A DNA stretch of 64,000 nucleotides from a virus, in IMG/VR virus record IMGVR_UViG_3300017613_002261; one strand, written 5' to 3'. A model generated the notes under the pieces. It was not told the DNA's origin and made no database searches. It was given only the letters and a program-made list of their open reading frames with translations. The first letter of the stretch is position 1, and each line of letters opens with the position of its first letter. A program made the translations under genes and the position numbers. This document shows positions 37,012 to 45,915 of the stretch, one piece after another.

Positions 37012-38073
37012 CTACTCGATATGATTGAAGATCTGATTGAAGATGAAATTATTTATTGCTATACACATTTCTGCCTTTATTTCCTCAGGGCAAGATGTTA
37101 TGTTGAAGAAATTCATTGGAATCTTTGCGGCTCCTGCTCCTGATTTGCCTCCAGCGTATTCCTTGCCGAAGATTTGCTGACAAAGCATATGGACGTCTAC
37201 TGCTGTTCCTACGGAGCGAACGGATACCTCTACGCAATCGTCTACAATGGCAAAGACAAATGCAGTATCTGTACCTTCAACCCGAGCACGTTCATCTGCA
37301 AGGACTGGAAGGGAGTCTCGCTTTGTTCGTGGAATAAAGCCTAATCCTCCCGCGAATGTACTCGTTCCTTTACGGAAATTTACTTCTTTATCTAGCCTTG
37401 ATCTTAGCTCGAATAAGTAATTTGGAATGGAATAATTTATTATTGCAGATAGATGACGTCTGTTGACATATTTCAGTAAGTCCATGTAAGCTTCAAAATC
37501 AAGATTCTTCACTGTATCTGATACAAGGTCTTGAGTGTCTGTCTTAATTCCTATTAGCATTGCGGTGGCTATATTACAATCTGTATCAGAGTTCTTATCA
37601 AAGGATATTCCCTCGTGCTGGAGGTATTCCCATATGATAGAGCACGTTGCTCCTACGTCACGAATGTCTACTAAGTCTGATTTAGGAGACTTGTCTTTGT
37701 GGTGGTCGATGCAAAAGGTACATTTTAGTTTCTCTGGCAAGGACTTCTCTGGTGTGGAGTCAACCACAACGTTTAAATCGAATTCCAAACTCTTTAAAAG
37801 ATCCGCCGAAGGAAGATCAGGTAATGGGAGAATTGGGACATTTAGTACGTTTACGAATGTTTTATTTTGAGAATGGGATATTTCCCCTGTATAGTATACA
37901 TCACATTTAATAGAGCTATTAATATGAGTAATGAATTTTATTAAGCCTAAGGCGGCAGCCATGGCATCAGGATCCGGAGTGTAATGGAGAAAGATATTCA
38001 CCTTTTTTACATTATCCTGAATAAGAATGCTTTTAAATTTAGATAAAATAGTCTTTATCTTTTCTTTAGTCAT
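37012..38073 (-). CDS. DHH/DHHA1 phosphoesterase (NrnA-like nanoRNase / pAp phosphatase)
   Basis: HYTPDPDAMAAALG, CIDHHKD and GGKSGAGAA (DHHA1-like). 353 aa. Confidence 0.7.
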   Translation of the reverse strand: MTKEKIKTILSKFKSILIQDNVKKVNIFLHYTPDPDAMAAALGLIKFITHINSSIKCDVYYTGEISHSQNKTFVNVLNVPILPLPDLPSADLLKSLEFDLNVVVDSTPEKSLPEKLKCTFCIDHHKDKSPKSDLVDIRDVGATCSIIWEYLQHEGISFDKNSDTDCNIATAMLIGIKTDTQDLVSDTVKNLDFEAYMDLLKYVNRRHLSAIINYSIPNYLFELRSRLDKEVNFRKGTSTFAGGLGFIPRTKRDSLPVLADERARVEGTDTAFVFAIVDDCVEVSVRSVGTAVDVHMLCQQIFGKEYAGGKSGAGAAKIPMNFFNITSCPEEIKAEMCIAINNFIFNQIFNHIE

Positions 38074-38088
38074 AAAGAATCCTTTGCA

Positions 38089-38122
38089 ATATGTAAGTAT
38101 AATTAAATTTATACTTACATAT
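38089..38122. terminator. 14-bp perfect inverted repeat between genes
   Basis: ATATGTAAGTATAA-6 nt-TTATACTTACATAT, 16 nt upstream of the start of the NrnA-like gene. Could be a terminator or an operator. Confidence 0.3.
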
Positions 38123-38135
38123 TAAATAATCGCTA

Positions 38136-38522
38136 TTATAGTACCTCATCACTAAAATTATATCTATCTAGTGGAGATGATGCAAGGACTTTTCTCTTAG
38201 AGGGATTTAAAGATGTGTCAACCTCAATCTTCTTATCTCCTAAAAACATAATGACTGTTTCTACCACTACTTTTGGATGGAATAAAGCTAGCTTGTAATG
38301 TACTGCGGATTCCCAATCAGGGTCTCCAAAAAGAAGATGTTTAGATGAGACATAAGGACATTGAGTGGGAGTGCTATGATCTATTTTAACAGGGGAATTC
38401 ATTTCCTCTGCTAATTCATGATCGCAATACCTCACATCGTTATAACAAGAACATCTACCTGAAGAGGTTCTATGAATACAAAATACTCTTTCCTTTCGAG
38501 TAGGGATTTTATTGCAAATCAT
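38136..38522 (-). CDS. hypothetical Cys/His-rich protein
   Basis: 128-aa ORF. Confidence 0.5.
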   Translation of the reverse strand: MICNKIPTRKERVFCIHRTSSGRCSCYNDVRYCDHELAEEMNSPVKIDHSTPTQCPYVSSKHLLFGDPDWESAVHYKLALFHPKVVVETVIMFLGDKKIEVDTSLNPSKRKVLASSPLDRYNFSDEVL

Positions 38523-38805
38523 TTGAATAATCCTTCACAGGCATAAACGATTTTTGAGTATCAGGCATCCTAGGTCTTCCTGATGAGGAATAACTATCTC
38601 TCCAATTGTGCTCTTTCCAAGTAGCTATCTGATCAGGAGAGTCTATAACGCATAAGGAATAATCACTTTTACTTGAAGCGGCGATGAATCCTTTTAGTCT
38701 AAAAGACTTCCTCTTAGATGAACATGAAACACATAACTTCGTATTCGGAAGAATCTCTAACCTTGAATTAGGGATTAAATTACCGCAAGAACATTTCTTT
38801 GACAT
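38509..38805 (-). CDS. TraR/DksA-type C4 zinc-finger protein
   Basis: CSCGNLIPNSRLEILPNTKLCVSCS pattern. Confidence 0.5.
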   Translation of the reverse strand: MSKKCSCGNLIPNSRLEILPNTKLCVSCSSKRKSFRLKGFIAASSKSDYSLCVIDSPDQIATWKEHNWRDSYSSSGRPRMPDTQKSFMPVKDYSNDLQ

Positions 38806-38865
38806 AATATCTCCTTTAAAAATTATTTAAATAAAAATAAAATTTAACCGTTAGTTATAGCATAT

Positions 38866-38931
38866 TTTAATGGGTTAGAGGAATGATATGGATTTTGTTC
38901 TACTGTGAGTTCTTGGGTACCCTGTTAATTT
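38866..38931 (-). promoter_or_regulatory. copy C of the conserved intergenic element
   Basis: Minus strand reads AAATTAACAGGGTACCCAAGAACTCACAGTAG AACAAAATCCATATCATTCCTCT AACCCATTAAAA, 60 nt upstream of the ATG at 38805. Confidence 0.45.
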
Positions 38932-38941
38932 AACAGATATA

Positions 38942-39181
38942 TTATTTTATATAATTTTTTATATTCTCACGTGTAATAAAATCTTGGTGCAAGGATAATA
39001 CAGGTAGTTTATTTAAATCTCCAATATCAACAAAACCAAAGTTAAGTCGTTGTTGATCGTCTAACATAAAATCTGAGTTGTAATAATTGATACGATCTAA
39101 AAGATCCTCAACTGTTTCCAGTATTTCTTCATCAATCTCTTTTCTTCCCTCACTATCAACAGTATAAAGTATGAATGCCAT
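38942..39181 (-). CDS. hypothetical acidic protein
   Basis: 79-aa ORF. Confidence 0.5.
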   Translation of the reverse strand: MAFILYTVDSEGRKEIDEEILETVEDLLDRINYYNSDFMLDDQQRLNFGFVDIGDLNKLPVLSLHQDFITRENIKNYIK

Positions 39182-39218
39182 ATTATACTCCTTTAATTAT
39201 AACCATATAAAAATAATG

Positions 39219-39707
39219 TCATCCTATTGTCTCATATAATCCTGATAAAATACGGCACGCCCTATAAACAGTATTTGGAGTTATCCCATAATAGGTATCT
39301 ACATGAATAAAATGAGATGCTTGATATAATAGGAAATCGGAGTCGTCATCAATGATGACATATTTATTATAGTCTCTTGAGTAATCGAACGTAGGTGCAG
39401 AATTATAGAGCCATGATTTAATCTCCGCGCCTCTGCAAGTTATAGCCCCTCCCACAGGAGTAACCGATATAATATTTCCGGTAAATCCATGAAAAGAGAA
39501 GAAGTACCTCAGTTCATCTAAAGTGTGGCCCTTTCTCCAAGTGGAGGATATCACTATTTCTGCTGACGCCTCTTTACATAATTCGTTTAAAAGGTTAACT
39601 GCTTTAGGGTCTATATCATCTGTAGGGGAATATTCGCCTTTGCGACGAGATTTATAAAAAGAAGTACTGTTAAGTACTCCATCTATATCTAGGAATATTA
39701 AAGACAT
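39219..39707 (-). CDS. HAD-superfamily phosphatase (HAD_SAK / polynucleotide 3'-phosphatase-like)
   Basis: Starts MSLIFLDIDGVLN (DxDG nucleophile motif) and has a later VIIDDD. Confidence 0.55.
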   Translation of the reverse strand: MSLIFLDIDGVLNSTSFYKSRRKGEYSPTDDIDPKAVNLLNELCKEASAEIVISSTWRKGHTLDELRYFFSFHGFTGNIISVTPVGGAITCRGAEIKSWLYNSAPTFDYSRDYNKYVIIDDDSDFLLYQASHFIHVDTYYGITPNTVYRACRILSGLYETIG

Positions 39708-39711
39708 CTAA

Positions 39712-40200
39712 TTAAAATCGATATTTATGTTTTGCGTCTGCGTATTTCTTGTAACAACATCTCTTATACTTATTGCCTGAGCCACACGCACATTTTTCAT
39801 TACGTCCAATAGAATGGAATTTTGTAGCATACTCTTCACGTAATTTAGCTCTTTCTGTCTGCCACTGTTTCTTCAATTCTTCTTGCTTAGCTCTTTCTTT
39901 TCTATTGATCTCTTTTTGGCCTGCATCATCTTCTGTTAATGAGATATCTGATTCAGGTAGATTATGTAATGAAGATGCCATAAATATCAATTTAACATAT
40001 TCTTGCACATCTTTTTCTCTATATCTAGCTCTCTGCTCTAATAACTTCTCTTCGGGGATCTCTGAATGGTCTGTTGATTGATATTCTCCATTACAGTCTA
40101 AGCAAGTTAACTTAGATGGAGACTCATTTCCTACCGTTGGTTCGAATATCTTAAAATCTTTACAACTAACACACCATGCTCTACGTAATACTATTCTCAT
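39712..40200 (-). CDS. SEC-C motif protein with N-terminal zinc ribbon
   Basis: C-terminal CACGSGNKYKRCC (SEC-C metal-binding motif). N-terminal CVSC...CLDC. Confidence 0.55.
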   Translation of the reverse strand: MRIVLRRAWCVSCKDFKIFEPTVGNESPSKLTCLDCNGEYQSTDHSEIPEEKLLEQRARYREKDVQEYVKLIFMASSLHNLPESDISLTEDDAGQKEINRKERAKQEELKKQWQTERAKLREEYATKFHSIGRNEKCACGSGNKYKRCCYKKYADAKHKYRF

Positions 40201-40466
40201 TTATACCTCTTATTTGTTTTTATAATTATAGGGAAATTCTTGATTTTATAACCTTCCTCACGTAATAAAGATAAGCTATATTTCTCCAAATGGTTTATAA
40301 TATTTGATTTACATTTGACAAAGTAATTACTGACATCCGTAAAGTTAGTGGAGTATGTCTTTGAAGCAAAACATAAACTATTACACCCATAAAATAATTC
40401 GTAATGAATGTTCCCCCCCCACCAAAGGAATTTGTATAAAGAATGACCTTGTCTAAGAATAAACAA
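40197..40466 (-). CDS. hypothetical protein
   Basis: 89-aa ORF with a 4-nt overlap. Confidence 0.4.
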   Translation of the reverse strand: MFILRQGHSLYKFLWWGGNIHYELFYGCNSLCFASKTYSTNFTDVSNYFVKCKSNIINHLEKYSLSLLREEGYKIKNFPIIIKTNKRYK

Positions 40467-40683
40467 TCAAGAAAATCAAATGAAAGGTCAAAAGAGGAAA
40501 GAGATGAAAAGGAGTATAAATAAATGTTTCATAAGTCATAATTTTGAACCACAGATTCTTTTTCCTTCTCACATCTAACACATTTTTCTTTTACGTAATA
40601 AGAAGCAGGGTCTATCATGTGAAATGCTATAGTATCCCATTCGTGGAATCCTACCTTACATAAAAAATCAAAAAATAACTCTA

Positions 40684-41091
40684 CTAATCTAACCATATCT
40701 TATCCTCGTAAATATCTTTACCTTCATCATCAAACCTGCTAGAAATGAGAGTATATCCTTCGTCTGAAAGCTGGTAATTTCCATAATCGACATCTAATGC
40801 TTTAATAAAGAAGGAACCTTTATCAAAAAGAACTATACCGTAATAATCCTTGAATTTTAGGCCTTTTCCGTATTGAGGAGATACCTTAACTATATCATTA
40901 TCATAAAGCTCTCTATTGTTAGAGATAAAGCTAGTCCACTGTGATACGGTATCACCAATGACCTCATATATCAGGGACTCATCTGAAATATAATGAATTA
41001 CTCTGCCTTCTGAATCAACTACTGCAGAATAAAATCCGTAAACCCACTTACTAGACATAATTGAAATCGCTTTAAATTTTATATCTCTCAT
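40684..41091 (-). CDS. YopX-like protein
   Basis: From the ATG at 41091: MRDIKFKAI...KWVYGFY...LYDNDIV pattern, as in YopX. GGAG RBS. Confidence 0.45.
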   Translation of the reverse strand: MRDIKFKAISIMSSKWVYGFYSAVVDSEGRVIHYISDESLIYEVIGDTVSQWTSFISNNRELYDNDIVKVSPQYGKGLKFKDYYGIVLFDKGSFFIKALDVDYGNYQLSDEGYTLISSRFDDEGKDIYEDKIWLD

Positions 41092-41093
41092 AA

Positions 41094-41354
41094 TTAATCT
41101 CCTTCTCTCGGAATTATTGAAATACTGGCATAACACCATTTAGTGAACTTACATCCCTTAGTGCAGGAGTAGTCCTCGCTTCGATCTTTACATTTACTGA
41201 AAAGTCCAGCCATTAGACTCGATACAGAATTTTCAGCTTCTTTTATCGCACACGGGAGACATAGAAAAGCTCTTTTATCTCCTGAGAATTCGGCACCACA
41301 CGTATCACACTTACAATGATAATCCCCGTCGGCATATCCTAATAACTTAGTCAT
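41094..41354 (-). CDS. small zinc-ribbon protein
   Basis: From the ATG at 41354: CKCDTCGAEF...CLPC. The track's TTG start at 41444 is less convincing. Confidence 0.45.
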   Translation of the reverse strand: MTKLLGYADGDYHCKCDTCGAEFSGDKRAFLCLPCAIKEAENSVSSLMAGLFSKCKDRSEDYSCTKGCKFTKWCYASISIIPREGD

Positions 41355-41535
41355 AAACTTCCCAAGAACTTTATAAAAAATATAGCAGATGTAAAGAAGA
41401 GTGCAATATAAAGAGAAGAAAGAAGATAAACCTTCCCTTTCCAATCTTTTAATGAAAGATTAACAAGATACAAACCAAAAATACAACATAAACAAATAAT
41501 GCTAAGAAATAAAAACATGCAAACTCCAAATATAC

Positions 41536-41871
41536 TTAATCATCTACATTACTATGAATATCTTCCCATTTAAACATATGATGTTCTGCGATCTCCGAAG
41601 TGAAGTAAATACTGGAAGAGTTTAGCCATAAAATATTTATATTACTGTAATGTGTAGACGTCTCCTTTATAAAATTAGTGCCTTTAAAGTGTCGATACTC
41701 TACTATCACAATATTATCTGATAAATTAATACCTACTTCTGACGTTTTATAAGTTAACAGCGGTGAAGGAATTTCTTTTCCTATCCTAACCGACGCAAAA
41801 TAAAAAACACCTAGAAAAATAAGCACAATCATTACCGTGCTTACTATACGTAAAAGGGTATATGCACTCAT
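41536..41871 (-). CDS. membrane-anchored hypothetical protein
   Basis: N-terminal TM helix (IVSTVMIVLIFLGVFYFA). Confidence 0.5.
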   Translation of the reverse strand: MSAYTLLRIVSTVMIVLIFLGVFYFASVRIGKEIPSPLLTYKTSEVGINLSDNIVIVEYRHFKGTNFIKETSTHYSNINILWLNSSSIYFTSEIAEHHMFKWEDIHSNVDD

Positions 41872-42251
41872 ACTTTATCCTTAATAAGAGGGTACACAGA
41901 ATTTTCTATTCTACGAATTATTTGGTGAATAGAGTGCTCTATAACCACTTCTGAAATAAATCTTTCTCTTGAAATCTTATTTATTTCTTGTAAAAGACAT
42001 TCACATACCTCATGAAAAGCAATCTTATCTATTTCATACTTAGTAACTTCCCCGGAACTGATCCACCCATTAGAATAACAGATAGTACACATCGCGGATG
42101 CTTCTTCGTAAGAATGCCAATATGCTGAGCCCCTCGTATCAAATTTATCTTGACCCGTAATAGTAAGCTCATAATCAGATAATTTGAAAAAATCATAGAA
42201 ATAATATGACACCCTGGATTTAAAGTATTTTATCTTATCTAACTTCGTCAT
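41868..42251 (-). CDS. hypothetical protein
   Basis: 127-aa ORF with a 4-nt overlap. Confidence 0.5.
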   Translation of the reverse strand: MTKLDKIKYFKSRVSYYFYDFFKLSDYELTITGQDKFDTRGSAYWHSYEEASAMCTICYSNGWISSGEVTKYEIDKIAFHEVCECLLQEINKISRERFISEVVIEHSIHQIIRRIENSVYPLIKDKV

Positions 42252-42254
42252 AGA

Positions 42255-42824
42255 CTATCCCAACAAACCGAAGATATTCTTGCATAGCCATCTAATGAAC
42301 GTTCCTAAATTCTTCTTTCTTATTCTTCTAGATAAGGCAGAGTTAGAAAAAGAATGGTCATAGGATATCTTGGATGCTCTGGATAAGAACGGAGGATAAA
42401 CGAAGGTTTCATTCCCCTCTTTTAATTCTATTTCTGCAATAACAATGTCTTTCAATTGATCATTTAAGAATTCATCAATCTCCCATATATGGCCGTCAGA
42501 TGCTTTATACTTGTAACGGACTTTAACTAAGGAGTTCTTTCCTATAAATGAAAATAGAAACTCACTTATCTCTTTAGAGACCTCCATCTCAAATTCTTGA
42601 CATGAAATTCCTTCTTTCCGTCCTTTCACCGTAATAAATGAAATGTTCGAAGGAGGGTGTGGTTCAGTGGTTAAAGAAGATCTAATTCGAAGAGTACACT
42701 CCGGATCTGAAATTAAATATGCTTGACGAATGAATATCGACACTGAATGACGATCAATATGTTCTTTGGAGGAATTAAATTCCTCTTTGGGGATTAAGAA
42801 TCTCTCCTCTATTTCTACTGGCAT
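42255..42824 (-). CDS. CYTH-domain (triphosphate tunnel metalloenzyme) protein
   Basis: Starts MPVEIEERFLI (ExExK-type signature) and has a later EIELKEG strand. Confidence 0.55.
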   Translation of the reverse strand: MPVEIEERFLIPKEEFNSSKEHIDRHSVSIFIRQAYLISDPECTLRIRSSLTTEPHPPSNISFITVKGRKEGISCQEFEMEVSKEISEFLFSFIGKNSLVKVRYKYKASDGHIWEIDEFLNDQLKDIVIAEIELKEGNETFVYPPFLSRASKISYDHSFSNSALSRRIRKKNLGTFIRWLCKNIFGLLG

Positions 42825-43345
42825 GAACAGCCTCCTCTCTTCTTAATAGACTCTAAATAAAGTAATGCAATCTGATACTTATCTTCCTTTACCTTAATCA
42901 GTTTCTTTCGAGATTCTGATTTATCTGGGTCATCATGAAATGATTCCAGATTGTGGGTTATATCAAAGATCTTTACTTCTAAAGCTATCGTATTATTTCC
43001 GACACACTTTATGTAGTCTAGATAAGATTCTCCTCTCTTCTTTGTTAGAGCAAATACTGCATCCGCTATATCAGACGGGAAACTCTCCTCAATATTCGAG
43101 TGCCCTACCTTATCAGAGCAATCCTCAACTACATCATGAAGTAAAGCCGTGCAAAGATGTTTATAGTCATATTCAATAAGATTCTTCATTCGATTAAAGA
43201 TAATATAAGGATGAAACTCGAAGTAATCATAGCCGTTCCAACGTTTTTGTCCTGTATGAGCAAATGCTGCTAAATTACCCGCTAATTCTACCAACCCCTT
43301 ATCAAAAGGTGTTGCTGCAGGGTAATCATAATTTAAGTGAACCAT
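42815..43345 (-). CDS. small HD-domain (p)ppGpp hydrolase-like (SpoT/Mesh1-type)
   Basis: FAHTGQKRWNGYDYFEFHP...ALLHDVVEDC matches the RelA/SpoT hydrolase HD signature. Confidence 0.65.
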   Translation of the reverse strand: MVHLNYDYPAATPFDKGLVELAGNLAAFAHTGQKRWNGYDYFEFHPYIIFNRMKNLIEYDYKHLCTALLHDVVEDCSDKVGHSNIEESFPSDIADAVFALTKKRGESYLDYIKCVGNNTIALEVKIFDITHNLESFHDDPDKSESRKKLIKVKEDKYQIALLYLESIKKRGGCSCQ

Positions 43346-43617
43346 TATAATTCCTTCCAGTATACTACATAAGTATTTTCTATATTAAAATCTATAAGAT
43401 CCAACTTCATACTATGTGTTTTAATCATCTTAGGGACTACCACTAATCTATGAGTAGACCACCAAGAGTTTCCTCCTAAATGCTGATTAGCTAGTTTGTA
43501 GTGATCTGCTATGAAGTTAAGGGCCTGCTGCATATCAGTAAAGGACTTATACCTTAATCTTGAAGGATATAAAGATATTCCCGTAAGTAGAACCAATATT
43601 AAAAGTAACTTCATCAC
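43345..43617 (-). CDS. secreted hypothetical protein
   Basis: N-terminal signal-like MMKLLLILVLLTGISLY. Confidence 0.5.
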   Translation of the reverse strand: MMKLLLILVLLTGISLYPSRLRYKSFTDMQQALNFIADHYKLANQHLGGNSWWSTHRLVVVPKMIKTHSMKLDLIDFNIENTYVVYWKEL

Positions 43618-43853
43618 AACTCCCTTATAGCTGAGCTAAGCTTTGGAGACTCCAAAGTTACCTCTCTTACTACAAACCCTTCGTCAGGAAATCTGCTCAT
43701 ACTGTATGAATAGGCATCCTGATAATTACTATGAATGCTGTATTTATCCTTATTTAAGAAGGATATCCACATCCCATTATACTGATCGAGTAAAGTGTTT
43801 ATAAAAGCATCGAGCTTCTTCGTTGTTGTTATTACTTCAGACTCTCTTGACAT
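43614..43853 (-). CDS. hypothetical protein
   Basis: 79-aa ORF with a 4-nt overlap. Confidence 0.5.
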   Translation of the reverse strand: MSRESEVITTTKKLDAFINTLLDQYNGMWISFLNKDKYSIHSNYQDAYSYSMSRFPDEGFVVREVTLESPKLSSAIREL

Positions 43854-43854
43854 G

Positions 43855-44004
43855 TTAAATATCCTCCACTTTTGCTAATTCCATAGCATCATCGTAACCT
43901 ATCCAATTGTCTACACCAAGAACTTCTAATGCTCTATATTTCCTTGCTTCCGTCTGAATCTCATCTAACTGTTCTCTGTTGATTACTACGTCTTCTTCTG
44001 CCAT
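43855..44004 (-). CDS. 49-aa hypothetical protein
   Basis: MAEEDVVINREQLDEIQTEARKYRALEVLGVDNWIGYDDAMELAKVEDI. Its stop abuts the next ATG. Below the track's cut-off. Confidence 0.4.
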   Translation of the reverse strand: MAEEDVVINREQLDEIQTEARKYRALEVLGVDNWIGYDDAMELAKVEDI

Positions 44005-44056
44005 AAATATTTCCTATATGTAAGTACCTTTCATAACTTATCAGCATTAGACTCTT

Positions 44057-45070
44057 CTAAGAAGATCTTCCAAAACCTAGAGTAGTATACGGAAGCTTCT
44101 TATCTAATAAATAAGCCTCTGTATTCTCTAATAGATCTTCCATGTATAAAACATCCATACAATCAGAGCTTTGCCATTTAGCAATATCATTTGTAGGTCT
44201 CTTCTTTAAATCAGGGCTTAGAGTATCTACCACGTATCTTACTCCAAAGAAGAATAAGTAATTTACAATGTCATCTATCAATCGCCAATTTAATGATTCT
44301 ACATGACACTTACTCTTTCCTCTGTAAAAAGAAGTTAAGAACTGTCTTCCTGCTTTAGTCCAGAATAATGCTTCTGAGATCTTTTGGTTTTCATCAGGCA
44401 CGGCTCCCATACGCATGAACTCATCGTCATAAGTATAGAACTTCTTTTGCTCATTTATGGACATCATAGGATCAATAAAAGTCTTCTCCTGTTCTAAGAA
44501 AGATTCGCCTTCTATGGGCTTATTTCTTCTCTTAATTCGAAACCACTTCATAGCAGATTTAAAGAAAGGAGGAATACCAAAAAATAGAGAATAGGATAAA
44601 AATCGGAAAATTAAATTGAATAATAAAGCTACTGCTAATCTATCTACTACAAGACCGAGAACACCTATTACGAATAAGAAATAGATTGCCCAACATATAA
44701 TAAATTCAGATATAATAAAAATGAAGATTTTATCTCTCTTCTTGAAGAAAGTATGATAAAAAGCGAAGGCAGGGAGTGATGTAAAGGTAAATACCAAAAA
44801 TACATAAACAACGTTAAATAGCCAGGAGGTTAAAACTAAAGATCCTCTCAAAAGATCTGAAAGGATATTGTCTAGAGGTATCATATTGTTTATCCTGATA
44901 CAAAACCAGGAGTCCTTGCCCTCTAATAAAGAAACCATAAAAGGAAGAACTCTGCTAATCCCTATCAATACTGCTAATAATACTAAAGATATCAAAGTTG
45001 GTTTTAGTATCCTTGTGATAGAAGATTTAAATAAAGATTTTAGATAAATCGAAATTATATTAATTAACAT
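44057..45070 (-). CDS. polytopic membrane protein
   Basis: About 6 hydrophobic helices in the N-terminal 200 aa, followed by a soluble C-terminal domain. Confidence 0.55.
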   Translation of the reverse strand: MLINIISIYLKSLFKSSITRILKPTLISLVLLAVLIGISRVLPFMVSLLEGKDSWFCIRINNMIPLDNILSDLLRGSLVLTSWLFNVVYVFLVFTFTSLPAFAFYHTFFKKRDKIFIFIISEFIICWAIYFLFVIGVLGLVVDRLAVALLFNLIFRFLSYSLFFGIPPFFKSAMKWFRIKRRNKPIEGESFLEQEKTFIDPMMSINEQKKFYTYDDEFMRMGAVPDENQKISEALFWTKAGRQFLTSFYRGKSKCHVESLNWRLIDDIVNYLFFFGVRYVVDTLSPDLKKRPTNDIAKWQSSDCMDVLYMEDLLENTEAYLLDKKLPYTTLGFGRSS

Positions 45071-45133
45071 TTTAATGCCTAAATATTACTTTAATACAAT
45101 CAGGGAAGAAAGTTATCCTTCCCTGAGTTAAAA

Positions 45134-45832
45134 TTAAATTGCAGCTCTTTCTCTCACCTGAGAAAGAGTAGACTCATTGAAGATAGCTCCTGTATCGTAA
45201 ACAACCTCTAGAATATCTTCTGGAACGTTTCCTTTAACCGTTTTGAAAGAATCTCCTTCAGGTACTAGAGATAATTTCCCTTTCTTAGAGATCTTGCCCT
45301 TGTCGGTAACAGGGTCTTTGAATATATCAACTTCTCTGCCATCAATCTCTGCCCAAGAGCATTTAAACGCAAACTTATTAGTATCACGGTTGAAGTCTTT
45401 TTGTAGAAGACCTCCTCCCATACCGAAAGCCATGTTCTCTGCGGAGAACCCAAGCCTTGTTAGTTTATTAAGGATATTTTCGATATCATCTTTATTGATG
45501 CCATCTCCTTGAATAACTCTAACATTATTAAGAACTTTATACCCTTTCTTATTAGAAGTACTGCCAAACTTAGATTCTAAATCAATCACACAGTCTATAG
45601 GAACTTGTATAGGATCGCCGCTATCAGGGCGGACTACTAACATAGCATTCATATTTTCAACCTTTTCCTTTAAAGTACCTCCCCATAGGTTTTCTACGGC
45701 ATTATAAATATCATAGCTATCAGATACACAGGCGAATATGCCTTTATTTCCGAATTGGTCTATCATATTTTTATATGCACCCGTTTCATTGTCTTTGCCC
45801 CAAGATGTTATAATCTTTCTGTACTCAATCTT
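45134..45832 (-). pseudogene. nadV: nicotinamide phosphoribosyltransferase (NAMPT/NadV) C-terminal fragment
   Basis: ITSWGKDNETGAYKNMIDQFG...VSDSYDIYNA...VVRPDSGDP...VIQGDGI...AFGMGGGLLQK...FKDPVTDKGKISKKG aligns by eye with the C-terminal ~45% of NAMPT. Similarity continues 22 codons upstream of the ATG to a TAA. No N-terminal half is present. Confidence 0.7.
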
Positions 45833-45915
45833 TTAGTAAACAACTAATAATAAACCTGATACAACGTGAAAATCCGATAAGGATTCTAAGAACCAATATA
45901 TATTTAAATGTTTCT

